Source: Promethearchaeota archaeon
Lineage (GTDB): Archaea > Asgardarchaeota > Hermodarchaeia > Hermodarchaeales > Hermodarchaeaceae
Length of the DNA stretch: 30,777 nucleotides
Assembly (NCBI GenBank): GCA_048938295.1
Contig: JBHLMI010000027.1
Coordinates: forward strand, 4,650 to 35,426
Direction: 5' to 3'
The notes under the pieces were generated by a model. That model was not told the DNA's origin. It searched no databases and saw nothing but the letters and a program-made list of their open reading frames with translations. Both the position numbers and the translations under genes were made by a program. Positions 9,602 through 19,141 of the stretch are shown in pieces; the first letter of the stretch is position 1; each line of letters begins with the position of its first letter.

Positions 9602-10315
9602 TCAGCCCTTTTGCACCCGCCGACGGACAACTGGATCGCGATCACTGACGTGCTTTAACACACCTTCAAATGTTTCCTCTGGGGATAGATGTCGTTTCAG
9701 GTATACACCAGTACGACCAACCTCGTCCCGGCGCATTAAGATTTTTACCCTCTCTTCAACGATTTTAAGGCCTACTCCTACCTTCTTAGCCACGACTACC
9801 TCATTTCCAATTACTGGTGATTCAGTGTGACCCTTTTCTGTAGGCTCAATTAACAGGAGTCGTTTATCCACACCTGGCACACGTTGTTCTTTTTCAAGAC
9901 TGATTCGATCAAGACATCCACCGAACCGGTAAAACTCAAGTTCGATTGGTGCAGGATTCGTAAGTGGGAATGTCACCACTGAATTATTAGGCAGATAGAT
10001 GTGGGCTTTTATCGCGTGGAAAGGTGTGGCATGTATGAGTTCGCGGTGAATTATTTGATATCCTGCCTCTGTAAGAGCAAATTCAACAGAAAAGGAAGGA
10101 ATTACACTTGGAAGGTAAATGTCTATGTCACTCTTTTCAGATACGTCACCACGACATATACTCCCATGGATGAGCGGTTCAACTCCTACTGGATTGAGTG
10201 CCTCCATGATTTCCAATGCTCGGTGTCGCAGTGTTGCGAGCTGAAACCACCTGTCGGCTGTATATAAAACATCTTGGCTCCCAGTGTCTCGACGGGCAGT
10301 TTTCTCTCGAGGCAT
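9602..10315 (-). CDS. Predicted nucleotidyltransferase (archaeal COG2413-like)
   Basis: HGSICRGDVSEKSDIDI (GS...DxD), RVPGVDKRL and RRDEVGRTG. Confidence 0.85.
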   Translation of the reverse strand: MPREKTARRDTGSQDVLYTADRWFQLATLRHRALEIMEALNPVGVEPLIHGSICRGDVSEKSDIDIYLPSVIPSFSVEFALTEAGYQIIHRELIHATPFHAIKAHIYLPNNSVVTFPLTNPAPIELEFYRFGGCLDRISLEKEQRVPGVDKRLLLIEPTEKGHTESPVIGNEVVVAKKVGVGLKIVEERVKILMRRDEVGRTGVYLKRHLSPEETFEGVLKHVSDRDPVVRRRVQKG

Positions 10316-10327
10316 CTTTACTCGTTC

Positions 10328-10654
10328 CTAACTTGGAGTTTTCACGTTCTCTTTTATCCATTGAAGGTAAGGATGATGACCGTCTTCGATATTGACTCTG
10401 ATGATTTCTGGTATCTCATAACTATGGGCTGTTAGTACCGTGTCTTTGAGTGGGTTAAACAGATCTGTTCTAGTTTTGATTATAAGCAAAACCTCGCTAT
10501 CTTCCACAATTTTGCCTTTCCAAGAGTATATCGATTTCTGCGGAATCATTCCAACACATGCAGCAAGTGAATCTTCAACCAAAGTACGAGCAATAATGTG
10601 CGCCTCTTCTTCGTTGCCAACAGTAACGAACACAATGCAATACTGAGACGACAT
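10328..10654 (-). CDS. cutA: Divalent-cation tolerance protein CutA
   Basis: LAACV, SIYSWKG, IKT and HSYEIPEI. Confidence 0.95.
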   Translation of the reverse strand: MSSQYCIVFVTVGNEEEAHIIARTLVEDSLAACVGMIPQKSIYSWKGKIVEDSEVLLIIKTRTDLFNPLKDTVLTAHSYEIPEIIRVNIEDGHHPYLQWIKENVKTPS

Positions 10655-10745
10655 GTTCTCACGCTCACCAACGAGCCCCTATCGCATCCCTTAAAAGCTT
10701 CTCTCATCGGTGCATCAAAGTTTTAGGTTACTGAAGATAGCTCAT

Positions 10746-11968
10746 TTGAACATTATTCATTTAATTCTGCTACCGTCTTTTCAAACCATTACAGAATCTG
10801 GGTGTAACCCTACACCCTCTATCCCGTCCACGACAAAAGCTTCCGGGACTGCTTTTCGACCAATATTGTATCCACCATTAACATCTGCATTTATTATATG
10901 ACCCTTGGATGAGCGGAATAATCCTCTTTCAATTCTCTTGCCAATATAGCTATGTTGATGTTTGATTGGCTCTTCATCGAGGAAGCTCACTTTTGAGGTA
11001 TGACTCTCATCAACTAGAATCAGGTCAATACCTACCATTTTGGCTTTGTATTTTATTTGTCGAACAAGTGTCAAAAATGGTATGCCTACGAAATTCTGGT
11101 TTATCCGCTTACCTAAACCGATGTACTGTTTCCACATCGGATTATATCCAACAACAATTGCTCCAAAACCATGAACCATGCAATAGGAGATAATCTGGCG
11201 AGAGACCTTATGAAAGAAATCGATAATTTTGTTCGTTCGTTTCAGTAACAATCGCTGCAGTCGACGTGTCTGAAACCCTAATCCTTGTTTATCTCGGATC
11301 GAAATGAGTCGTGCTCTTTCTTTGTTATAATATTGATTGACGGATTTGATAACCCCGCCTTTAACACGCCAAGGCTTTAACCCTGCGTTGTTGACCACAG
11401 TTACAAGATTATTCAGTCCTAAATCAATACTAATAACACGACTTGAATCAAGTTCTAAATCAATAGGGTTTTTCTCATATACAATTTCTAAAATGTAATG
11501 GTTGCCTTTGGGAATAATTCTGACATGACGGAATGATCCACGTATTCGAGTTTTTATAGGCAGTAAATGAGCTTTTTTCGGAAACCATAGAAGCCCGTTT
11601 TTGATATTACATTGTTGATTTGTGAAGATTATGAGAGTTTCTCCATTTTTCGGTTTGTATCGCGGTAACCTTGGGCGCCCTAAATATTTCTCTGGATGAA
11701 TCTTCCAATCCTTAAGAGTAATAAAGAAAGCCTTCCAATTCTGGTCTAGCCGACGAAGTACTTGTTGAGCAGTCTGTAATGGAAGGTTTCGATATGCACT
11801 TGTGGTTTTTAGTAGACTATACAATTCTCCATATCTAATCCAACGACCTTGAAAAATGAAAGTTTGACGAATGTGATAATTAGCTAGATTATAGAGGTTC
11901 TTTGCTAGGTGGCATAGTTTCGAAATTGGCAGAGATGGGCGAAGCTGAATACGTTCAGTAAGATACGT
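10746..11968 (-). mobile_element. Solo IS200/IS605-family (IS1341-like) tnpB element, no tnpA
   Basis: tnpB ORF; omega-RNA-type hairpin GGGTGTAG-GGT-TACACCC overlapping the ORF 3' end; candidate right end TTCAA at 10750-10746, 35 nt after the stop. Left end not identified. Confidence 0.7.
10781..11968 (-). CDS. tnpB: TnpB (tnpB1), about 395 aa, rearranged RuvC-II type
   Basis: Frame extends upstream of the ORF-track start: (T)YLTERIQLRP...CHLAKNLYNLANY. RuvC-I SIDLG, VVGYN, VDESHTS and RuvC-III NADVNG. The likely start is ACG (11968-11966), 7 nt after GGAGG. Confidence 0.85.
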   Translation of the reverse strand, partial: TYLTERIQLRPSLPISKLCHLAKNLYNLANYHIRQTFIFQGRWIRYGELYSLLKTTSAYRNLPLQTAQQVLRRLDQNWKAFFITLKDWKIHPEKYLGRPRLPRYKPKNGETLIIFTNQQCNIKNGLLWFPKKAHLLPIKTRIRGSFRHVRIIPKGNHYILEIVYEKNPIDLELDSSRVISIDLGLNNLVTVVNNAGLKPWRVKGGVIKSVNQYYNKERARLISIRDKQGLGFQTRRLQRLLLKRTNKIIDFFHKVSRQIISYCMVHGFGAIVVGYNPMWKQYIGLGKRINQNFVGIPFLTLVRQIKYKAKMVGIDLILVDESHTSKVSFLDEEPIKHQHSYIGKRIERGLFRSSKGHIINADVNGGYNIGRKAVPEAFVVDGIEGVGLHPDSVMV

Positions 11969-12206
11969 GTGCCTTCCTCCCGTAGATCTGATTGTTAGAT
12001 CCCATTGGCGTTGTTATTAGTGGTAAAGTGGGAGTTAAAGGATAGGGAGAGAAGATGATAAGTGGTTTTAGGGACCTTGAGGCTGTCTATTAAATATGGT
12101 CCCTTTGGTATCTTTATGTACTAGTTCTATCTGCAAATACCAAAATCTCAACATTAAATCCTACACAATCTTTGAACTGTGCATAATCTACGAGGCGATA
12201 CAACGA

Positions 12207-13394
12207 ATGCTACAATTCGAGTTCCTACTTCCTTTCCTTCCATGGCTGCTCATTTTGCTGGCATGGATGGTAATTATTGGTCTTGCCTCAGTGTTCAAAC
12301 TCGAAAAATATGGCGTTGAAGTTGGTCCTTTCATGCTCTTCGCCCGCACGCAACGATTTAACAACCTATTAGATCGCATCGGACAATGGCATTCCCGTGC
12401 TTGGCGCTACATCTGGTCTTTCTTTATCGGCGCCGGCTTCTTCTTTTCATTATACGCGTTTTACTTCCTAGGATCAAACGTGTGGGAATTCGTTAAAGCG
12501 GCCCTTGGTCAACCCAGCATGCCAGGAGCAGTTGCTCCTCTAATTCCTGGCGTTACAATGTCATTCAATTTCTTTTTGATGATCCTAATCCCCCTGATTG
12601 TGGCAGTTGTTGTACACGAACTCGCTCATGGTATCGCTGCCCGTGCTGATAATATCCCTGTTGAAAGTTCAGGCCTTTTCCTCTTCTTAGTCTTCTTCGG
12701 TGCCTTCGTTGAACCGGATGAAGAATATGTGAAAACCAAAACAACACGAATACAACGAGCCCGGCTCTACGCTTCTGGTTCTGGGGCAAACCTTACTGTT
12801 GCGGCTATTGCCTTGATCCTGTTGACCTTCATTATAATACCCCTTCCAAGTGGTGCGCTCATTTCACAGGTAGATCCTGGAACACCCGCATATGGTGTGT
12901 TAGTTCCAGGGATGGTCATCATTGGAATGAATGGCACGACTATCCAAACAAACCAAGATATTAGCACCTTCATGGCAAATACAAGTCCTGGAGATTTGGT
13001 GGTATTCACCTTATCAGAAGGCACAATACCTCTAACCCTTGGTACAAACCCAAACAACGCTTCGATTGGATATATCGGAATCTGGACACGAACCTATTTC
13101 CCGTTAGTGTATCCCTTTAGCCTTCTTGGACCAATAGTTGGTACTCAGTTTTATGAAGGGCTGACCTGGTTCTTCGTGATAACCATTAGTCTAGGTATCA
13201 TTAACCTCTTACCTATTCCGCCTCTCGATGGTGATAGACTTTGGAAGGAACTCATCGATCGAACTGTTTCGCTAGAACGAAAAAGCGGAAAAGTACTCCT
13301 TTGGGGACTTCGCGTCACCGCTCTAGCAATACTAATCCTCAACATAATTTTCACCTTTCTCAATCCAGCTCTCTTGCTCTTCTTCTTTCGTTAG
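12207..13394 (+). CDS. Site-2 protease (M50) with PDZ domain
   Basis: HELAH, GAFVEPDE, NLLPIPPLDG, PDZ-like segment and multiple TM helices. ATG 12207 preferred to 12096. Confidence 0.92.
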   Translation: MLQFEFLLPFLPWLLILLAWMVIIGLASVFKLEKYGVEVGPFMLFARTQRFNNLLDRIGQWHSRAWRYIWSFFIGAGFFFSLYAFYFLGSNVWEFVKAALGQPSMPGAVAPLIPGVTMSFNFFLMILIPLIVAVVVHELAHGIAARADNIPVESSGLFLFLVFFGAFVEPDEEYVKTKTTRIQRARLYASGSGANLTVAAIALILLTFIIIPLPSGALISQVDPGTPAYGVLVPGMVIIGMNGTTIQTNQDISTFMANTSPGDLVVFTLSEGTIPLTLGTNPNNASIGYIGIWTRTYFPLVYPFSLLGPIVGTQFYEGLTWFFVITISLGIINLLPIPPLDGDRLWKELIDRTVSLERKSGKVLLWGLRVTALAILILNIIFTFLNPALLLFFFR

Positions 13395-13431
13395 ATGAAT
13401 GGAATTTTATTCCACAAACTCATAGCCACTA

Positions 13432-14373
13432 ATGACAATGACAAACGAATGTACGATATGCAAGGCAGAATCAGTTATGTCTCGACCCTACTCAGGTGAA
13501 GTGCTTTGTGCGCGCTGCTTCAAGGACTCTGTTACCAATGCTGTGCGGATGGCTATTTCAAAGTACAATATGCTTGAACGCACAGATCGAATTGCTGTTG
13601 GCTATTCAGGGGGAAAAGATAGCACCGTACTCTTAGCGATTCTGGTTGAGATCCAGCAACGTTTCCCTGAATCGGAAGTCATAGCTATAACCCTCGAAGA
13701 AGGCAACAAACAAGATCTTGCACGTCAAGAGGTGTTACAAAGTGTCACGAACACGCTCAAAGTAGAACATATAACAGCCTCATATCAGGATATGTTTTCC
13801 CTTACGCTTGATGAAATCGCGACTCAGGCACGAGCTATACAATCACCCCTCTCCCCATGTGCTTATTGTGGAACCCTTAGGCGACAGGGACTGAACCTGC
13901 TAGCTCGCAAAATTCAAGCCGATAAATTAGCCTTAGGGCACAATCTGGATGATGAAGTTCAATCGATGCTAATGAATCTCATTCGTGGAGATTTACCCCG
14001 ATTATCACGGATTACTCCACACCTGAAGGGTGTTTCTGGCTGGCTAGTACCCCGAATTAAACCCCTGTTTCATATTCTCGAATCTGATCTTGACCTCTTC
14101 GCTAAATTACTTGGGTATCCTGTCTACCATCCCCCCTGTCCCTACAAAGAAACCTCACTTCGCTCTGAATTCCGTGAATGGCTCAACATATTCGAAGCCA
14201 AACATCCTGGCTCTAAATATAACCTTCATGCTACCTTCACGAAAATCATCGAAACCATTCAACAAGAAGAAGTTCCGTTCCAAAAATGTCAGAGTTGTGG
14301 GGAAATCACATCCCAGCGAATATGTGCAGTATGCCTTCATAAGAAAGCCCTGGGCTTCTCATCATCAAAATAG
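13432..14373 (+). CDS. ttuA: tRNA 2-thiolation protein (TtuA/Ncs6/NcsA family)
   Basis: N-terminal CxxC...CxxC, PP-loop SGGKDS, CAYCG, GHNLDD, RIKPL and C-terminal CxxC...CxxC. Confidence 0.9.
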   Translation: MTMTNECTICKAESVMSRPYSGEVLCARCFKDSVTNAVRMAISKYNMLERTDRIAVGYSGGKDSTVLLAILVEIQQRFPESEVIAITLEEGNKQDLARQEVLQSVTNTLKVEHITASYQDMFSLTLDEIATQARAIQSPLSPCAYCGTLRRQGLNLLARKIQADKLALGHNLDDEVQSMLMNLIRGDLPRLSRITPHLKGVSGWLVPRIKPLFHILESDLDLFAKLLGYPVYHPPCPYKETSLRSEFREWLNIFEAKHPGSKYNLHATFTKIIETIQQEEVPFQKCQSCGEITSQRICAVCLHKKALGFSSSK

Positions 14374-14381
14374 GATAAGGG

Positions 14382-14732
14382 GTGGACGATGAACCCCGAC
14401 GGTCGTCAACCCTCCCTGAAGCCGTACTCACAGCCAGGTCTCAGACCCGGATCTCGGAAGCATCTACAGTACAGGCTTACGCTGCTCCCTCCCGGGCCTA
14501 GCTGGTTTCACCCGATAAAGACGATTCAGCCCTTCCTACGAAAAGCCTACCGCCACCAGCGATCCTCCGAGGCGGATCATCACAGCCTTAAACAGTGAGT
14601 CGTACAACAGGTCAGAAAGCCTAACATCGGCATTCAGCCCGCCGTATAGAGCGTTTGCGGTGCAGGGGAGCCTTAGCCAGCCCGTAGCGGTGCTGCCGGG
14701 CTTCTAGCCCCCCGCCTAGGCTCACCGTCCAC
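14382..14732 (-). ncRNA. ffs: SRP (7S) RNA with a putative 31-nt BHB-type intron (14703-14673)
   Basis: Helix 1 GTGGACGGTGAGCC/GGTTCATCGTCCAC; helix 6 with a GTAG tetraloop; helix 8 CTAGGCCC-GGGA-GGGAGCAGC. Length 351 nt, or 320 nt after removing the insertion. Confidence 0.93.
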
Positions 14733-14753
14733 TCAGCTCACACAACTCCGCGA

Positions 14754-14760
14754 TATTTAA
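14754..14760 (-). promoter_or_regulatory. TATA box of the SRP RNA gene
   Basis: TTAAATA 22-28 nt upstream of the SRP 5' end. Confidence 0.65.
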
Positions 14761-14763
14761 TGT

Positions 14764-15258
14764 TTACTTAGGGCGCTGTTTTACACGCCAAATCTGAAAG
14801 ATGTAAACTGGAATAGCAATAATGAAGCATAAGACACAGAACAGATAGATTGTTGAAGACGATGCAAGACCAAGAAAGGGGTTTACTAGCAGTGGCCAGA
14901 ATGGCTGCATTTCAGGATACAAGAAGCCGTCTAATACAATATGTGAGTAGGCCCCGATTAGGGCTGCGGCAGTGATGTTTAACAGCGAAGCTGTTTGCGG
15001 GAGAAGGAAGAACGCCATGATCTTTTCAAAGATGCTTCGAAGAAGATAGATTACAAGGACCCCAATTAGAGCTAAGATGGTGGCTCCTAAGAAAGTATGA
15101 AAGAACAGATGTTGCACTGGTAAACCGAGGAGAAGGAAGGTGAGTGGTTCAATGTCGACGATGATGCTTCCGAGGAGGATGCTGGGTAGAAATAGGTAGG
15201 GAAAGAGTATCAATCCAATCAACAAGCCTGGACCTAAATGGAAGGGGGTAAACGGCAT
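14764..15258 (-). CDS. Conserved membrane protein, possible metal-dependent hydrolase
   Basis: MPFTPFH start, DIEP, HLFFHT, SHIVLD and P(F)WP; hydrophobic. Confidence 0.7.
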   Translation of the reverse strand: MPFTPFHLGPGLLIGLILFPYLFLPSILLGSIIVDIEPLTFLLLGLPVQHLFFHTFLGATILALIGVLVIYLLRSIFEKIMAFFLLPQTASLLNITAAALIGAYSHIVLDGFLYPEMQPFWPLLVNPFLGLASSSTIYLFCVLCFIIAIPVYIFQIWRVKQRPK

Positions 15259-15299
15259 TACTTTCAGCCTTCAATGAAATTTATTGAGTTTAGTAAGAG

Positions 15300-15385
15300 T
15301 GGCGCCGAGGACGAGATTCGAACTCGTGAGTCACATGGACACAGACTTAGCAGGCCTGCTCCCTACCAGGCTAGGATACCTCGGC
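15300..15385 (-). tRNA. tRNA-Ser(GCT), intron-less
   Basis: Acceptor GCCGAGG/CCTCGGC, anticodon stem CAGGC/GTCTG with loop CT-GCT-AA, long variable arm, TTCGAAT, G73 and CCA. Confidence 0.95.
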
Positions 15386-15424
15386 ACACATTGTGTGCTT
15401 TTAAAGCTGCCTTATTTAAGAAGG

Positions 15425-15847
15425 TTATGTTGGCGCCTTCTTGAAAACCGAGTGGACTGTATACTCAGGAATGGCAATGATGTAGATAATGTAAACAACG
15501 CCAAAGAAACCTTCAATTATTCCCAACACAAGCAGAGCAAACGGTAGTCCTAGAAAGATATAGTACACGAGAACCACAGCAGCAATTATTCGAGCTGGAA
15601 TGTTTGTTATCGGAATGATCAAATGCTGATCCAAATTTCTTGATGCTAAGAGTAAAGCTGAACCAAAACCTACCAGAAACGCGCCGATGATTTGAAGGAG
15701 CGCCGCAGATAGAATTGAAATCGGGTAATTGAGAAGGATTGAGACTATCGGTGAAAAGAAGAGAAAGGTTACAGCCAAAGCGACGTCATATAACGCTCCA
15801 AGTAAAATAAACCGAGTGAACCAACGTTTTTTACTGCTATTCGTCAT
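15425..15847 (-). CDS. Hypothetical 4-TM membrane protein
   Basis: Hydrophobic ORF from ATG 15847 (MTNSSKKRW). The longer ORF-track start lies inside tRNA-Val. Confidence 0.65.
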   Translation of the reverse strand: MTNSSKKRWFTRFILLGALYDVALAVTFLFFSPIVSILLNYPISILSAALLQIIGAFLVGFGSALLLASRNLDQHLIIPITNIPARIIAAVVLVYYIFLGLPFALLVLGIIEGFFGVVYIIYIIAIPEYTVHSVFKKAPT

Positions 15848-15897
15848 GTAAAAACTCCGTTTCAGTGTCTTTAATATGCCGTAGTAAAAAGGTTCTT

Positions 15898-16006
15898 TGG
15901 TGGGCCGAGAGGGACTCGAACCCTCGACCATCGCGGTGTAAGCGCGATATCATAGCCCTCTAGTCTAAGAGAATATCCTCCTCTCAGATAGCTAGACTAT
16001 CGGCCC
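15898..16006 (-). tRNA. tRNA-Val(TAC) with a 32-nt D-loop BHB intron (15989-15958, 17/18)
   Basis: Spliced GGGCCGATAGTCTAGCT/GGCTATGATATCGCGCTTACACCGCGA...CCCACCA. BHB: CTAG/CTAG helix, bulges CTA and AGG, intron stem TCTGAGAG/CTCTTAGA. Confidence 0.93.
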
Positions 16007-16073
16007 TGCCTGTTGTGTGATGTTTAACGCCCCCCTAAAAAAGGCTTCTTGAAGACAAAAGTTGAAATCGAAT

Positions 16074-16583
16074 CTAGTTGTGTTTCATCTCTTGCTCAAG
16101 CGCCTCAATCTGTGTTTTAAGTAACTTTATGATTTGTAGATTGTCTACATGAACCAGCTGGCCATTACAAGTAGGACATTTAAAGGCGTTAGCCATAGCT
16201 TCATCAAAGGTATGGCGGGGACAGCCGTTGTTCTTACAATGGTAAAACGTGTTTTCTGTCTCGTAGTGGAGTCGTTGTTTTAATCGTTCAAGGACCTTTG
16301 TCTTTTTCTCATGGAGCAGGTCATGTATGCGATCAGGTTCCAGTATCCAGTAGTAGACAAACCATCCGGTTTGTTTATCGCGGGTACGGCGATAAGACGC
16401 TAGATGAAGATCATAAAGTTTGTAAAGGATCTTTCGAACAGCATTGAGGCGCATACCAGTTTCGTTAGCAATCTCTTCGTCCGTCGTTTCTTCATCTTCT
16501 TTTAGGCGAGAAACCACTTCAAACGCGTCTTCACCGGCGAATTCAATAACAACCTGCTTAATTAGCATCTCACGTCCAGACAT
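16074..16583 (-). CDS. tfe: Transcription factor E alpha
   Basis: TDEEIA...VRKILYKL winged helix, GWFVYYW and CxxxxC...CPTC zinc ribbon. Confidence 0.95.
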   Translation of the reverse strand: MSGREMLIKQVVIEFAGEDAFEVVSRLKEDEETTDEEIANETGMRLNAVRKILYKLYDLHLASYRRTRDKQTGWFVYYWILEPDRIHDLLHEKKTKVLERLKQRLHYETENTFYHCKNNGCPRHTFDEAMANAFKCPTCNGQLVHVDNLQIIKLLKTQIEALEQEMKHN

Positions 16584-16643
16584 AGATTTACGTATAACCT
16601 AACCTTGCATTGAATAAAGACCTTTTCGTTTAACAAACAAAAG

Positions 16644-17216
16644 TCAAGGATTAAATCGCTCAGTTTTTTCTTTAGATTCGATTATCCGTTTCCCATGTGG
16701 AGTTGGGTCGATTCGTAGCACTGCATCAGGGAATTTCCTGCGGAGCATTTGCCCTTCAAATAGCCGGTCTAAAAAGATCGAAAGGGCTGCAACTTCGCTA
16801 TGGGGTTGATGACCAACAGCTACATTGTAATCAGCTAACTGGTATACTTGGTTCGGAACCTTAGGACCTCCTACAACAACGAGTTTTGGTTGCCGTGAGC
16901 GGCGAATATCGTGAATTACATCATCAACATGAAGTCCGTACATGGTAAGATGAATGACCTCACCTTTCTCCTCCTTCCATTGATGAACCCGCGTCTTCCA
17001 TTTGACACCTGTAAGTACTTTGAAATCCCTATTTCCCCATTGATTAGAAACCTGCCGGATTGTATCCTCGATATTCGGATCCTTAAGGCCCGCTGACCAA
17101 AACTCACTCGCACCAAATGCACGGGCCGTTAATCCCACATGAGTTGTAAGACGTTTATCACGCTCGGGACGGTGATCCAGCTTGAGTACAGTAATTCTCC
17201 ATCTAGGCACGCTCAT
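16644..17216 (-). CDS. trm56: tRNA (cytidine-56-2'-O)-methyltransferase aTrm56
   Basis: HRPERDKRLTTHVGLTARAFGA, HLTMYG and QPHSEVAAL. Confidence 0.95.
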   Translation of the reverse strand: MSVPRWRITVLKLDHRPERDKRLTTHVGLTARAFGASEFWSAGLKDPNIEDTIRQVSNQWGNRDFKVLTGVKWKTRVHQWKEEKGEVIHLTMYGLHVDDVIHDIRRSRQPKLVVVGGPKVPNQVYQLADYNVAVGHQPHSEVAALSIFLDRLFEGQMLRRKFPDAVLRIDPTPHGKRIIESKEKTERFNP

Positions 17217-17260
17217 CCGAATATCCAGCCAGTTACAAATCCAAGTTCTTACTTAACAAT

Positions 17261-17767
17261 CTATTTAGAAGGAGGTTTTTTGCGTCGGATCTGAACAACA
17301 TCTCCGAGTGTTGCTGAACTTTGAGAAGGTACCGGAGGAAGGTCAACTGATTCCGCTTCCTCAAGTAAGGTCAATTTGAACAGTCGCTCTAATTTCCGCG
17401 CTAAACTAATTGTAGGAGCCATTTTGCCACTTTCAACTTTTGTGATAACTGATGTTCGCTCATTTAGAGCACGAGCAACGTCCTTTTGAGCCATTCCTCG
17501 CTGCTCACGTGCTTTTCTGATAAGTTTAGTAAAGTTTTCTACAGGTACCAATTCATGCCGTGACTCCCGAGGTGGTCCAGGTCGCACTTCGCGAGGTATA
17601 TGAACAGGCCGGCGTTTCAGTTCTGATGAGGGTTGATATACTGGCTTCTTCTGCTGAACTGGTTTTCCTAGCTCAGCACACCGATTGCAAACATGCAGGT
17701 GGGCACCCTCAAGAGCGATTTCCCTTGTCGAATGACACTCACGACCACAAATCTCACAGGTTGGCAT
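17261..17767 (-). CDS. mbf1: Archaeal multiprotein bridging factor 1 (Zn ribbon + HTH)
   Basis: CEICG...CNRC, IRKAREQRGMAQ, KVESGKM and TLGDV. Confidence 0.92.
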   Translation of the reverse strand: MPTCEICGRECHSTREIALEGAHLHVCNRCAELGKPVQQKKPVYQPSSELKRRPVHIPREVRPGPPRESRHELVPVENFTKLIRKAREQRGMAQKDVARALNERTSVITKVESGKMAPTISLARKLERLFKLTLLEEAESVDLPPVPSQSSATLGDVVQIRRKKPPSK

Positions 17768-17908
17768 TTTCTACAATCGCCACCATTCTATTCATTACCC
17801 GCCACAATCTAAAAAGTTCTTTTCATTTTATTAATCTCACAGAAGGTCTACAACTTCTGGTGGAGTAATAAAAAAAGCTTTTAGCGCGTACTACTCAGAG
17901 AGCTTGCA

Positions 17909-19114
17909 ATGACCGATTCAACAGATTTACGCAAGAAAGTGGTCTCATCTGACGATTACATGAGTTTAGCTGAACGGACAATTTTACTTGAGCAACGTGT
18001 TCGAGAACTCGAATTGGAGAGAGAACAACTTACAGCAGAACGAACACGACTAGAAAACGAAGTTCGAATACTTCAAGCGGAACTCAATAAGTTACGTCAA
18101 CCACCTTTGGTCTCTGCAACTGTAATTGATGTTCTTGACGATGGGAGGGTCATTGTCAAGAGTAGCACGGGACCCCAGTTTGTAGTTAATTATCCAGAAT
18201 CGATAATCGGGAGCCAGCTTGAGTCGGGAGCTAAAGTGGCATTGAACCAAAGAACTTTGGCGGTGGTCGATGTCTTACCAATATCCATCGATCCCTTTGT
18301 TCAAGCTATGAACGTTGAAGAAAGTCCAGATGTCACCTATAACGATATTGGCGGGTTAGAAGAACAAATCGAAGAAATTCGTGAAACTGTTGAACTTCCG
18401 CTTCTTCATCCAGAACTATTTGAGAAGGTGGGAATCGAGCCACCAAAGGGCGTACTTCTCTGTGGCCCTCCTGGAACCGGAAAAACTCTTCTAGCCCGCG
18501 CAGTTGCTCATGAAACGAAGGCAACATTCATTCGCGTGATTGGTTCTGAACTCGTCCAAAAGTTCATCGGTGAGGGGGCAAGAATTGTCAGAGAGATTTT
18601 CTACATGGCTCGCAAACGAGCACCCAGTATTGTCTTCATCGATGAATTAGATGCCGTTGCGAGTCGCCGCCTTGATATCGCAACGAGTGGAGACCGAGAA
18701 GTTCAAAGAACACTCATGCAACTACTTAGCATGCTCGACGGATTTGATCCACGAGGTGACGTACGTATACTCGCAGCAACCAATCGTCCTGACATCCTTG
18801 ATACTGCTCTTACACGACCTGGAAGGTTTGATCGAATCATCGAATTTCCATTCCCTGATAAAGAAGCTCGTATTCAAATCCTTAAGATACATATGCGGAA
18901 CATGAATATCGAATCAGATGTGGATATCAGTCTGCTTGCCTCAAAAACAAATAGCGCATCTGGAGCAGATTTGAAGGCAATATGTACCGAAGCTGGAATG
19001 TTTGCTATCCGTGAACTTCGTGATTCAGTTCGAAAAGAAGATTTTGATAAGGCTATTAGCAAAGTCTTAGGCATGATTAGCGACCGTGGTGACGCGACAG
19101 ACATTTATGGATAA
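17909..19114 (+). CDS. pan: Proteasome-activating nucleotidase
   Basis: N-terminal coiled coil, PP-OB domain, [32 protein letters not shown] and C-terminal HbYX (IYG). Confidence 0.96.
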   Translation: MTDSTDLRKKVVSSDDYMSLAERTILLEQRVRELELEREQLTAERTRLENEVRILQAELNKLRQPPLVSATVIDVLDDGRVIVKSSTGPQFVVNYPESIIGSQLESGAKVALNQRTLAVVDVLPISIDPFVQAMNVEESPDVTYNDIGGLEEQIEEIRETVELPLLHPELFEKVGIEPPKGVLLCGPPGTGKTLLARAVAHETKATFIRVIGSELVQKFIGEGARIVREIFYMARKRAPSIVFIDELDAVASRRLDIATSGDREVQRTLMQLLSMLDGFDPRGDVRILAATNRPDILDTALTRPGRFDRIIEFPFPDKEARIQILKIHMRNMNIESDVDISLLASKTNSASGADLKAICTEAGMFAIRELRDSVRKEDFDKAISKVLGMISDRGDATDIYG

Positions 19115-19141
19115 CCTGTTGAAAAGAAGACGAGACAAGTC

